Assembly: GCA_965112735.1 (NCBI GenBank)
Contig: OZ218964.1
Span: 558,001 to 622,000 of the forward strand
Direction of reading: 5' to 3'
Length of the DNA: 64,000 bases
From: Phaeosaccion multiseriatum
Lineage: Eukaryota > Protista > Ochrophyta, other classes
In this document: piece after piece, positions 24,435-36,821 of the stretch
Layout: each line of letters begins with the position of its first letter
How positions within the stretch are numbered: position 1 is the stretch's first letter
Program-made: the position numbers and the translations under genes
Notes under the pieces: model-generated
Told to the model about the DNA's origin: nothing
Databases searched by the model: none
Seen by the model: only the letters and a program-made list of their open reading frames with translations

Positions 24435-25318
24435 TCACCCTTCGTTGCTAGCAGGCACAGCGCCCTTCCCCCCTGGCGCGACTCTCACCACCAGCGTGTC
24501 GGGCTCCGTTTGGTGCGGGAACATGTTGATAACCCAGCGCTGCCCCTGTCCCTGTCCCTGTCCCTTCTTCCGTATTCCCTGTCCGAGCTCGGGCCTCACT
24601 GACCGCACGTAGCGAGCAACATCTGCCTGCGTGAGAAGCGCCTGCGAGGCTCCCAAGCGCGTTCCCCTGCCCCACGTGGCTGCCAGCCCGTCCGCTCCCA
24701 TCCTCTCCTCCGCCACACAGCGCGCCCGCCGCACTGCAGAGCCCGTCCTGATCCACATCTCGCCGCTCGGGCCTTCCTCGGGAGAGAGCCCCTCAAGGTC
24801 GTCTCGCTCCTCCTTCTCTTGGCCTGCCTCTTGCTGGAGCGCAGCCGCCAGAGCACTTGGCGGGAAAGCGGCGAAGGCCCTTCTGATGGCGGCCCTGGCG
24901 ACGGCGGGGTTTAAGCCGCGGAGATCAATGTCCAAGCCCTCCTTCCGCTGCACCTGCCCGAAGCAGCCAATAGACAGCCCGCGAGCAAAGAGCTCATCCA
25001 CCTTCACCTTCTCAGCAGCATCACCCTCATCCACCGCATCGAGCGCCTCTAGGAGCGGAGCGAAGGCGTCGTCGGGAACGGCCCACGTCCCCTTCCCCTC
25101 CCCCTCCTCTCCTGATGCCTCGGCTCTGCGGTGCTCCATGCTGCTCAGCAACTCCTCAGCCTTGTCCATTTGCCCCGCCTCCACACAGGCACGAATGGTG
25201 TGTGCGTACGTCTTACCATTGGCCAGGCCCCTGCTCGTCCTCATCGCCAAGCAGAGGGACAGTGGCGTTACAACACAGTGGCGCTACGACACATAGCTCT
25301 TCGAACCCCAAGAGCACA

Positions 25319-25353
<35 letters not shown>

Positions 25354-28300
25354 TACACGCCCACACGCCCACACACACACCACGTATGCAAGCACGCCAG
25401 CACACTTACTCACCGCTCCTCTGTGACGTGGAAGAGGGCGACGGCTTTCTTCCAGTCCCCGGCCACGCCGCAGCCGATGATGCCCGCGTTGAACGCCACA
25501 GTAGGGGCCTCCAACCCCACCTTAAGAGGGGGGTGCCGGGGCAGGGGGGGGTTGGATGAGTCGCCGAATGGCTGAGTGTGAGGGTGGAGCCGTTGGGCTA
25601 GACATAGAGAGAGAGCAGCGGGCCCGACTCCCTCTACCTCATGGCATGGACGGAGTCAACACTCCCTCCTTCTCCACTCTCCTCTAAGGCCCTCCCCCTC
25701 TCACCTTGAGCATATTGTCAAGCAGGCGCAGAGCGGTGTTGTGCTGCCCGGCCAGGGCACACGCGAACATGCAGGATGTAACGGCCTTGGCGGTGGGCCT
25801 CGCACGCTCTTTCTCCTGAGGGTTCGGGGCAGAAAAAGGGGCAGGCTCAGGGGCAAGGTCACAGGCAGGACGAGGGCCTGGGCAGACTCAAGCCCTCCTG
25901 CCCTTCCCCCATCATGCCCCCAGGCTTGCTCATGCAGCAAGTAGTGCACGGCAAAGGGCAGGGGAGACTGACCTTGAGCTGGTAGAGCAGGGTCAGTGCT
26001 TGTGAGTACTCTCCGTCCCAGCTGCAGGCCTCGATGGCAATCTCGTACACGCGCTGCACGTCCTCCTGCAGGGGGCAGAAGGGGGGGCAGGGCCAGAGGG
26101 CGGAGAGAGAGAGGGCAGAGAGAGCAGAGGGAAAGGGGAAGGGAAAGAGATAGGCGTACATACGATGTGTCAATAAATGTCGATGTGCCAATAAATGTCG
26201 ATGGCCCGTGAGGGAGGCTGGGGGCGCGATTTGGGATGATGCGTGGAGGCCGGCAGAGGGTATACCCTCTTCTCTGACGGAGGGGTAGAGGGAACCATCC
26301 CCCACCCCCACGACCCACGCCACGCTTTGCCCCCCGCCTCGCCCCACCCACTTGAGTACCTCCACTTGAGCACCTTCACTTGGGCACCTCCCTCACCTCC
26401 GTCTTGCAGAGATGCTTGTCCAGGATCTGCCCCAGCAAGGCTTTGGCCTCCTGCGACTTGCCCCCTCGGGAGCACGCAGAGAGGGCCGCAAAGTAGATGC
26501 GGTACGTCCACACCTCGTCGCGGAGTCCCTTGCGCCTGAGCAGAGCAGAGAAGAGAAGAGAAGAGAGGGAAGAGGGTTGGATGGAGGCTAAGGAGGCGTA
26601 GAGCATTCCCAAGGCTCGAGAGAAGCGAAGTACTGCTTCACGGTGGAGCTCTCCCCCTCCCCCCTCCCCCCTGCCTCACTCACTTGATCTCCTTGAGAAG
26701 GTTGACGGCCTCCCTGGCCAGCCCCTTGGAGGCACAGCCCCGCATGACTCCGAAGTAAGACACAATATTTGGAGTCATATCGGCAGTGGGCATGAGGCGG
26801 AGCATGCGTAGCGCTCGCTTGTAGTCACCTGTTCCAGGAGGTTCCAGGGGGGGAGGGAGGGGAGGAGGCACGATGCATTGCAGTACGTGGGGGGGCAAGG
26901 GGGTCAGGGGGTAAGGGCGGTCGGCAAGAATCAGAGGAGCAGGGCGGCCCCTATTCTCTTCTGTCCTCTCCTCTCCTCTCTCTCCTCACCCTCATTTCCA
27001 CAGGCGAGGATGGCATTATTGTAGGCTCGGACGTCCAGCCTCCCCTCCCGTTGCATCTCTCCCACCAGCTCAAGCGCTCTCCGCGTCTGTGGGAGGAGGA
27101 GGAGGAGGAGGAGGAGGAGGAGGAGGAGAGGAAAAGGCGCTAATGAACATCATGTCTTGTCGGCTGCTGTTTCAAGTCCAAGAACAGAGCGGGGCGGACA
27201 AAGGGCCACGCACGCACGCACGCACACGCACCTGCCGACTTCTCGCGCACGCCTGCATGGCCACACTGTAGCAGTGCTCGTTGGGCGTCACCTCCTCCCT
27301 CCGCATGCCGTCCAGCAGGGAGAGCACCTCCGCGTTGGCCCCCGTCCTCAGCTGCGCAGTCATGACGGAGCTGTACCCCGCGGCGAGGTGCTCTGCCCCG
27401 AACTTGTTTCTGAGCTCGTCGAGCAGCTCCAGACAGGGCTGGACCAGGCCCCTGTTGGCCAGCGAGCCCATCATCGCGGTGTAGAGGAAGGGTGTGGCGG
27501 TGTCGGCCTGCCTGGCGGCGTCGAACAGAGCAGCGGCCTCCTCGTGCTGACCTGCGGGCAGAGAGGAGAGAGATAGCGATGGTGTGCACAGAGGCCAGGG
27601 GCAAGGGGCGAGGGGCTCAGCGCGTGCGAACAGAGGACAGACATGCAGTTAGTGCTGGATGACCAACACACCCACCTTCGGCCGAGAGGGCTCTGACAAG
27701 GGAGGTGTAGGTGTACAGGGAGGGCTCAATGCCGAGCTCCCTCATGGTGCCGCGCAGGGCCAGCACCTCCTTCCAGCGCCGGCACTTTGCGAGCGTGGCC
27801 ATGGCGGCGGTGCAGACGGGCTCGTCGAGGGTCACGCCGATGGAGCGGGCCTCCTCCAGAGAAGGAGCCACCTGCGCCATCGAGGGGACAGGGCAAGGAA
27901 GGGTCAGGGCCGACACAAGGACGGGAGAAAGAATGGAGAGACACCTTGGCCAAGAGTCGCTGCAAGAACGCGGGCATGCATGCATCTGGTCCTCCTCGAC
28001 TGGAGAGAGAGAGAGATTGCGAGGGAGAGGGGCCTACTCGCCTCTTGCCAGGCCCTCCGTTCGCCGATTTCCCTGAGGTGTCGAAAGAGGTAGTGCTTGG
28101 TCATCCGCAGTTCCTCCTCCGTGCTGCTGAACACAGGCACCTGCTCCTCCCGCACAGCCAGGGCCTTGTCCTCCTCTCCCCTCCTCCTGCTGGTGCGGGT
28201 GGCCTCCGTGTACTCGCGCAGCGCGTAGGGCGTCTCATGGAGGGTGGAAAATCCTTGCTGCTGCTGCATCCTCCAGGGCATTGCGTGCTGCGGAAGCCAA

Positions 28301-28575
28301 GGCCTCTCCGCCGTCCTGAACAGACAAGGCGTGAGAGAAGGGAAGCGGCATGTGACATCATCAGTGGCGAGAGCGTGGCAATCCAGAGGATGAAAGGGAC
28401 AGGCGAAGAATGAGGTGGGAGCGAATCAGTCACGAGCCAAGTACCTGGACGCTTGCCTAGGCAACTCCCTCTTCAGGCCGAGGCGCAAGCTTCGCTGCTG
28501 CTGGGAGGCCAGGCTCCGTCTCTCTCGCGCCAGAGTCGAAGCCAGCCCCGCCGTACGCTGCGCGAGCTTGCCCAT
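24435..28575 (-). CDS. Pentatricopeptide-repeat protein with C-terminal SMR-like domain, probably mitochondrial, ~10 exons
   Basis: Multiple 35-aa PPRs (e.g. PSLYTYTSLVRALSAEG, PNEHCYSVAMQACARS, PNIVSYFGVMRGCASKG, TYAHTIRACVEAGQMDKAEELL). SMR-like IDLRGLNPAVARAAIR...WIRTG. Arg-rich N-terminus MGKLAQRTAGLASTLARERRSL. Confidence 0.85.
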
Positions 28576-28897
28576 ATCTCTCGGGCTTCCCCTCCGATTC
28601 GAAGGAGCGCTTCTCTGGGTGGGTCCTTGGATTAGAGGTCAAGGACTGTGCCAAAAAGCTAGCACGGATGGTGAAGGTGCACCTGTGAAGAGGGAGAGAA
28701 GGTGGGACGCCATCGAAGACCACAGGTTGGAGGTAGAATTCGAAGAATCGCAGATGGCAAAAAACTTCTCAATTTCTCCCCCTCTTTTTCCTCCTTCCCT
28801 TCCCTTCCCTTCCCCTCCGTTCCCCGGTATGTACTTTTCGACTCCTACCGAGGAACAGTAAGGCCCTGCTGCATTTTATTCCTTCGGGGTGTGGCAG

Positions 28898-30837
28898 ATG
28901 GACCTCAAAGTCCCTGCGGTGGTGTCTGTGGTGCTCTACTTCGCGCCCACAACGCTGGGCCTTGGCACCAAGGTGCTGTTGTGCATTTTTGCCTTTGTGC
29001 TGCTCGACTATACTCTGGTGAGGCTGCAGCCCGATGGGGGAGCGGGAGCGGTCCTCGATCGCAAGCGACGAGAGTCCGTGGCAGTAGCTCCGGGGCAGAG
29101 CGAAGAAGGCACAGGGGCGCGCGTGTCGGCTCCAGCAGCTGGGGCGGGAGGGAGGAAGAGGGCCCGAGTAAGAAGGGGTGCAAGTGCCGCTGGTGCTGCC
29201 GCGAATGCCAAGGGACTGAGAATCTCCATCGGCGACAAGGTGGGTCCGTGGCTTGCATGCCTCGGTGTTGCGTTTTTGATTGCTCTGCCGGCATGCTTCC
29301 AATCGACCCTCCTCAGCCTGAAGTGTGCGACACAGACATGGCCTACCCTGAGTCGATGCACGCCATTCATGCTCCCCTGCCCCCCCGTTCTCCGCCCCCC
29401 AAAGGTGTGCTACCCCAACGCGGCCACCCCCACAGAGTTCGAGAATGATTTTTGCAAAGGGAGGATGCTCTTCCTGCTCGTCAGCGACCCGCCCAGCGCC
29501 TACGCGAGTCACTTCCAGGGCAAGAGCATCCAGTTCGAGATGCAGATACAGGTACTGCTTTCCTTGCTCCAGCAGAGCCTGGCTTCTGAACTCCTGCTCA
29601 GTGCCAATGCTCCCCCCTCCCTCTTGTTGATGTGCATCAGGTGCAGCTCAAGGCCATGCCACAGGGCACTCTCTTCATGGGGGCGGAGCTGAGCGCAAGG
29701 CCCAGTTGGAGCTTCTTCACGCAGGCGCTCTCCAAGATAGTCATGTCCTTCGCGGCGCAGCTCGTCAAGACCATGCACTACAGCTTCGGTCAGTGGCCAG
29801 GGGAGGAAGGGAAGGCGGGGAGGGAAGGACAGGGTGGGCTCAACATGGGGGAGGAAACCGGGGGGGTGAAGAACAGGCAAAGAGGCTGTTGATCGGTGCC
29901 ATACTCGCTGCCACGTTCGATGATTTCAGCGCGTAACGTGACCGCCTCGCCTCTGCCCCCGTCTGGTGCCATCTATCAGGTGACAAGCGCCCCCCCTCGG
30001 ACGCATCCAAAGCGGAGGCCATGCACGCCACCTTCCCCCTGTGGCGCGTCATGGATTGGGTCGTCGTCACGCCCCCTGGGGCAGGAGAGCCTCCACCCCT
30101 GGGGAGGGCCATCCCCGAGCCCCTGGAGGACAGAAAGGCGCGCACCTCGGGCAAGAGTCCAGAGGTGGGGTGTTTGGTGCTCTGGGGGGGGGGTGCACTG
30201 ATGTGGTATGGTGCCAAAGGCTGCGAATGACGATGTCACGTCTCACCGCCATCCAACCCTCCTTGTGGCAACACACGAACAAACAGGTGGCCATGGACAC
30301 TGTGTCTGTGTACACGATGAGCTTCCACTCGGGGCTCATCAACTTCCAGGACTGGGTCGTGCTCAACGTGCCTGGACAGGGCTCCATCGGTCTGCGCACC
30401 TTCCTGGGGGACGAGGCCGTGCAGGTTGGTTGGGCAGCTTGGGCGGCTTGGGTCTCGAGGGCGCCCCAATTCATTGCAAGTCATTGCGTGAGTATCGAGA
30501 CCTTGACCGTACTGGTGCTACTGTTGCAACTGTTGCGTCGCCAACTGCTCAGGTGGTGGTGTATGACTTCGTAGGGCCTCTTTCCTCCCCCCGGCACAGC
30601 GCGGGCGACAAGAAGTACATGTTCAGAGCTGTGCTGCTCAACGACGAACCTGGGCAGATCGCATGTCCGCCACGGGAACCACCACCGCCGGGGGCTGCTG
30701 CTGGTGCTGGAGAGGTGGCGGAGACCGCTGAGCCCGAGGAGGAGCAGGGAGGGGGGGGGGAGGCAGGTGGGCCGAGGGAGAGCTTCGCACTCGAGGACGA
30801 CGAGGAGGAGGAGGCGGCGGAGGAGGCCGGGGAGGAG

Positions 30838-30869
<32 letters not shown>

Positions 30870-33800
30870 GGGCGAGCTGGACTTCCTGTCCCCCCCTGCG
30901 CTGTCCAGCAGAGACAGTGAGCTGCCCGCAGATGCAGTCAAGTCCCGGAACCTCTTCCCCCTCCTCGAGATCACGTCCACAAGGCCCGCGGACCATAGGC
31001 ACATACAGGTGGGTGCGTGCGTGCGTGCGTGCGTGCGTGGAGTGAAGCGGGCCACCTTTGCCTGTTAGTGCTCTGCTGCGGGGGCTTGTCGGCAACGCGT
31101 CACGCCTTGTGTGCCCCCCTCCTTTCTCCCTCCATCTCTCTCTCTCTCTCTCCTCTCTACCCGGAGAGGGTCCCACGTGACTCTGCCCCTCCGGCTGGGG
31201 AGTGTCTGAAATGCCACTCCTCCCCCTCCACCCCCCCCGTACCTCCCCAATGCTCATCCACACCGCTGCGTCTCCCCCCCCTACCCTCCTACCCTCTCAT
31301 CTTGCTCAGGACACCGCGTATCTGGACGAGGGCCCCTCGGGCACGGCCGTGATGTGCGCAGGGGTGGGCAGTGCAGCCATGGCAGTGCCGGCCATAATTC
31401 AGATCGTCAAGGTGGCCGGCGGGAAAGACACCTTCCGCAGCGACCTCATCTATGCAGGTGGCTGACTGACGGACTGAGGGGACAAACCGACGGACTGATG
31501 GGCTGACTGACTGACTGACTGACTGACTGACTGACTGACTGACTGACAGATTGAATGACGGACTGACTGACTGACTGACTGACCTAGTGACTATCTGACT
31601 CACTCACTCACTCACTCACTCACTCACTCACTCACTCACTCACTTACTGACCTCTGCTCAGGGGACGAGGTGATGCTGTTCCACCCCGACAACGGCCGCT
31701 TCCTGAGCTTGGCCAGCAGAGGCAGCGCCATCGTGTGGAGCTCCAGCATGCCGACAGCGGCGAAGGTGAGGGCTGAGGGGTGAGGGATGAGGCAGTCCAC
31801 GCTTGGCCTTTGCGTTGGCCTAGCCATATTCACTGCGACCGAGACGCCTCCCAGTGTGGCGGCCTTGTGTGTTGCCCTGTAGGGAAGGGAGCCTCCCCCC
31901 TCCGCCTTCCCTCCTCACCCTCTCCCCCTCCCTCCTCCTTCTCAGGGTCACTTCGTGTTGGCGGGCCTGTCCCCCGGTGAGCACTTGGGCCACGGTCGGC
32001 CCTTCCAGCTTCACTTGTATCGCAAGACGGAAACCTTCGTGGGCGTCAGCAAGATCCCCGACAAGCAGGGCAGGTAGGGCAGAGGGGGGGTGGGGGGACA
32101 AACTGAGGTTTCCGTATTATCAAGGTCCAGAGCGTTTGACACCTACGGACTAACTCTCCTCGGCCCCATCCACTGCCATCTGCCCTCCATCCCTCCTTCG
32201 CAGGTGCGGCTTGTCATACGTGAGCGTGAGCAGCAAGAACGCGTCTCGCCTGCGCTCTCTGTCCCTCACCGCAAAGCCGTGGATGGACCCCTTCGCCGCA
32301 CTCCCTTCGGCGGCATCTACATCAATATCGACCCCATCGACATCAAAATCGACCTCCACGGCAGGAGAGATTGGCCCTGCGACCACGGGCCCGACGTCGT
32401 CCCAGGGTGACACCGAAGGCGCCCTTTCTGCCCCTGCTCAAGCAGGAGGAGAAGGAGAAGAGCTCAGAGGTAGTAATGATAGTGGCAGTAGGAATGGTAG
32501 TGGCATTAGTCATGGTAGCAGTGACGCTGCGTTGCGGAGAGGTGCGTCCCTCAACCTCACGCTCGGAGCGAGTGGGACCGGGAGGGGAGGGGGGGGTAGA
32601 TCGTCCAATCCTCTTGACTTCGCAGGGCTTGGCGACGATGCGGATGACGATGAGGAGGAGGAGGAGGAAGGAGAGGGGAGGGAGAGTCGACCGGGAAGCG
32701 AAGATGGGATGGGTCGACGCTCGCGAGCAGCACGTGCGGCCGGCGGAAGAGGAGAAGGAGGAGGGCAGGACGGAGAGGGGGGCGGAGGCGAAGACGAGAA
32801 TGACGAAGAGGAGGAAGGAGAGGGGGAGGGGGAGCAAGACGAGGGCAGCAGCCAAGAGGGCAGCAGCCAAGAGGGCAGCAGCGACGAGGATGACGAGGGC
32901 TTCGGAGGCGGAGCCTTGAGCCCTGAGAAGCGCTGCCCAGACGGCCCACGCGCAGACAGCCTGGCTCTCCCGCTGGGGGGCGGCATTGCGAGCATGGTGA
33001 TAGAGAGGGCGTCCGCAGGGAGCGGGGCAGTGCAGGCAGTCGAGGCAGTGGAGCCTGCAGGAGGAGAGGGGGGAAAGGAAGGAGAGGGAGCAGTAGAGGA
33101 AGGGGGGGGCGCAAAGGGGGCTGGAGCGGCGGCGGCGGCGGCGGGAGAGTGTACAATGGTGATGAGCATTCCCGGGTGGGTGGAGCTGTTCCACAGGGAG
33201 AAGCGCTGCACGCAAGTGGCCTTCCTGGTCAGGACCTGCAAGCGCCGCAAGAGAGACGGAGGTGAGGTGCGGGGTGTTAGGTGTCAGGTGTCAGGTGTCA
33301 GGTGTCAGGTGTCAGGTGTCAGGTGTCAGGTGTCAGGTGTCAGGTATCAGGTGTCAGGTGTCAGATGTCAGGTGTCAGGTGTCACGTATGAGGTGTCAGG
33401 TATCAGGTGTCAGGTGTCAGGTGTCGGGTGTCAGGTGTCAGGTGTCAGGTGTCAGGTATCAAGTGTCAGGTATCAGGTGTCAGGTGTCAGGTGTCAGGTG
33501 TCAGGTGTCAGGTGTCAGGTATCAGGTGTCAGGTGTCTGATGTCAGGTGTCAGGTGTCAGGTGTCAGGTGTCAGGTATCAGGTGTCAGGTGTCAGGTATC
33601 AGGTATCAGGTGTCAGGTATCAGGTATCAGGTATCAGGTGTCAGGTATCAGGTGTCAGGTATCAGGTGTCAGGTGTCAGGTATCAGGTGTCAGGTGTCAG
33701 ATGTCAGGTGTCAGGTGTCACGTTTGAGGTGTCAGGTATCGGGTGTCAGGTGTCAGGTGTCGGGTGTCAGGTGTCAGGTGTCAGGTGTCAGGTGTCAGGT

Positions 33801-36771
33801 ATCAGGTATCAGGTATCAGGTGTCAGGTGTCAGGTATCAGGTGTCAGGTGTCAGGTGTCAGGTGTCAGGTATCAGGTATCAGGTGTCAGGTATCAGGTGT
33901 CAGGTATCAGGTGTCAGGTGTCAGGTATCAGGTGTCAGGTGTCAGGTATCAGGTATCAGGTGTCAGGTATCAGGTGTCAGGTATCAGGTGTCAGGTGTCA
34001 GGTGTCAGGTGTCAGGTATCAGGTATCAGGTGTCAGGTGTCAGGTGTCAGGTGTCAGGTGTCAGGTATCAGGTGTCAGGTATCAGGTGTCGGGTGTCAGG
34101 TGTCAGGTGTCAGGTATCAGGTATCAGGTGTCAGGTGTCAGGTATCAGGTGTCAGGTATCAGGTGTCAGGTGTCAGGTATCAGGTGTCAGGTGTCAGGTA
34201 TCAGGTATCACGTGTCAGGTATCAGGTGTCAGGTATCAGGTATCAGGTGTCAGGTGTCTGGCTCTTGTGTATGTGTGTCTATAGTCCCCTCCCCTTTCCT
34301 TGCTCGTCCTTCTTGGTGTGGGCCTATGTTCGTCTCCCCTCGTCCTCCTAACCCCGCCTGTTCCTACCCCGACACTTTTCCATGGCACAGAGCTCCAGTC
34401 AGAGTGGGTCTGTCTTCGTGCACAGAGGGAGCTGGCGCTTGTCGTCAGGGGGGTGCCCCCCGGGGGCCCCACTGTGGAAGCGAAGGGGGGAGAGGGAGAG
34501 GGAGAGGGAGAGGGGGCGGTGTTCGTGCCTCCCGACTCCCTTATGGAGCACCTCGGTGAGGCGGAGCAGACGGTGCGGGTTGTGCGGCAGCGGCTGGAGG
34601 GGCTGCAGAGAGAGGCAAGGAGGGTCAGGGACACGCGCCTCGCCTTCAGGGAGACAAGAAGAAGGAGCCTCGAGAAGGACGATGGTAAGGGAACATATTC
34701 GGGTGGGAGGGGAAGCAGTTGGTGATACAGTGGGAGGGAAGAATCCTTTGGAAGGGAAAGAGGGCCGCTGCTTCCTTCGTGGGTGGAGAGAATGCGTCTT
34801 CCCCCTCCTGTCCTGACAGCCGCTCCCTGCCCCTGCCTGTCGTCCATTGTACTTCTCTTACAGGGGCGTCCATGGCGCTAACCCTGGCAGCCATGGCAGC
34901 ACATTCGCTGCTGTGCGACATGGTGGCGGCACCCAACGACCTCGACAGGTCCTTCCTCTCGGGCACGGAGGCAAAGGTACGGTATTGACACGGTATTGAC
35001 ACGGTATTGACATGGTATTGAGGGCCCGAGTGTGAGCAGAGAGCCCTCTCCTCTCCTCTCCCTTGCGCCCCCTTGACTGTTGACTGGTTGTGCCCATGTG
35101 TCTCCATAATCACGCAGCATATGGACGTGAACATGGATCTGGCCAACGCCGCCGCCGCCAGCATCGCTGCCGGGGGCGCCTCCTCCTCCTCCTCCTCCTC
35201 CTCCTCCTCCTCCTCCTCCTCGTCGTCGTCGTCGTCCTCGTACATGGCGCCTCTCTCCTCCGGTGAGTGAGCGAAGCGGGCAAAGGGGCAGCAGTGCGAA
35301 GACTCTCACCAACCATGCCTTTCCCATGCCTTTCCCCCCCGAGAAGCCGACTGACTGCCCCTCTCATCTTCTCCCGTCCCCTGTGACCCCTGTGCCTCAT
35401 GCATTGGATACCACAGCCTACCAAGCGCACTCCAAGGGCCGTTCGGCGGCGGCTGCAGCGGCTGCGGCGGCCCCTCCCCCCACACCGCTGCCCATCCTGC
35501 TGCAGTCCGCTGTGGCTCGAGCGCAGTGGGACTCGCACTGGCGGGAGGAGTGGTGCTTCCTCTACCCCTCCTTCCTCTTGGCCTGGGCGCCCAAGGGCCG
35601 CAAACCCTCGTGGACCCTCTCCCTGGTCGAGGTTAGGGCTGTCTCAGCCGTGTCTGACGACGGGCAGGCGGCTCCTTCTTCTTCTTGTGCTTCAGCTTTT
35701 TGTCATTCTCCGCCGCTGCCGGGGCTGTTCTGCCTCTCGCTGGAGACGCTGGCCAGAGTGCACTACCTCGCCTTCTCCTCCAGGGAGGGCCGGGACAAGT
35801 GGCTCGACGCTCTGCAGGAAGGCTTGGAGAGCACCCGGGCCAGGGCAGAGGCAGAGGGCAGGTACAGTAACGAGGCGGGGGGGACTCTGCTCCGGGATGT
35901 GCTTTCAGTGCCAGCTTCTGTTTTCAGGCTTAGTTCCGTTCCAAGTGTCTCAGGCAAGTTCAAGCCTTGCCCGTCTGACCCCTTTAGCCCCGTGTGCCTG
36001 CCCTACCCATCCATGTGCCTGCAGCAGGGCGGACGCCATCGGCTCTCTGCTTAGTGGCGGCGGCGGCAGAGACGGGCTCGACGCCTTCGTGCTCAAGTCG
36101 GGGCAGTGGAGGCCCCCCACCCGCCTCGTGCTCAACTCGAGGAGGCTGCCCTTCGACACCGCCCCAACTCGGAAACCCACACAGGCGGAGCTCTTGGCCC
36201 TGCCCGCCGATCTCCTCAAGGTGTGTGTATGTGCGTATGTACGTGTGTGTGTGCGTGTATGTGCGCGTGCGTGTGTGTGTACGTGTGTGTGTGTGTGTGC
36301 GTGCGTGTGCCTGTGTGTGTTTGCTTGTGACCCCGTCCCGTCCTATGCTTCTTGCTGCCCCCCAATGCACTGCACTGCCCTTCCGCTGCCTCTCCCTTTT
36401 TTCTTTCTTTCCTCTCTCTCCTCTCTCTCCTCTCTCTGCTCCAATCAATCCATCACTCGATCGATCGATCGATCAGGCGGCGTGTGCCTTGACAATGGAT
36501 GGCAGCACTCCCCTCCCTTTGGTGTCGTTTCTGGACGCGGTGTCTCTGTTCAAGCACGTGCAGCTCAGCGCCATTGACGTGGCGGGCGACGCAGCGGTGG
36601 CTTTCTTCATCAACCTCTACCACACCCTGGTCAGTGCAGTACAGTGCCGTGCAGTGCCGGAGAGCTCCAATTGGGACATACAGTTCACGCCGAACTACGA
36701 CAGACGCTGATCCCAACCCTGATTCCGATCCTGATCCTGACCCTGACCCTGGCCCTCACCCTCACCCTGAC

Positions 36772-36821
<50 letters not shown>

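Noticed and set aside
32211-34559. 782-aa ORF with (CQVSGVR)n as a repeat protein
   Set aside because: A strong donor at 33262 and acceptor at 34390 remove the heptamer array in phase. The plus frames are open only because the 7-mer lacks stop codons.
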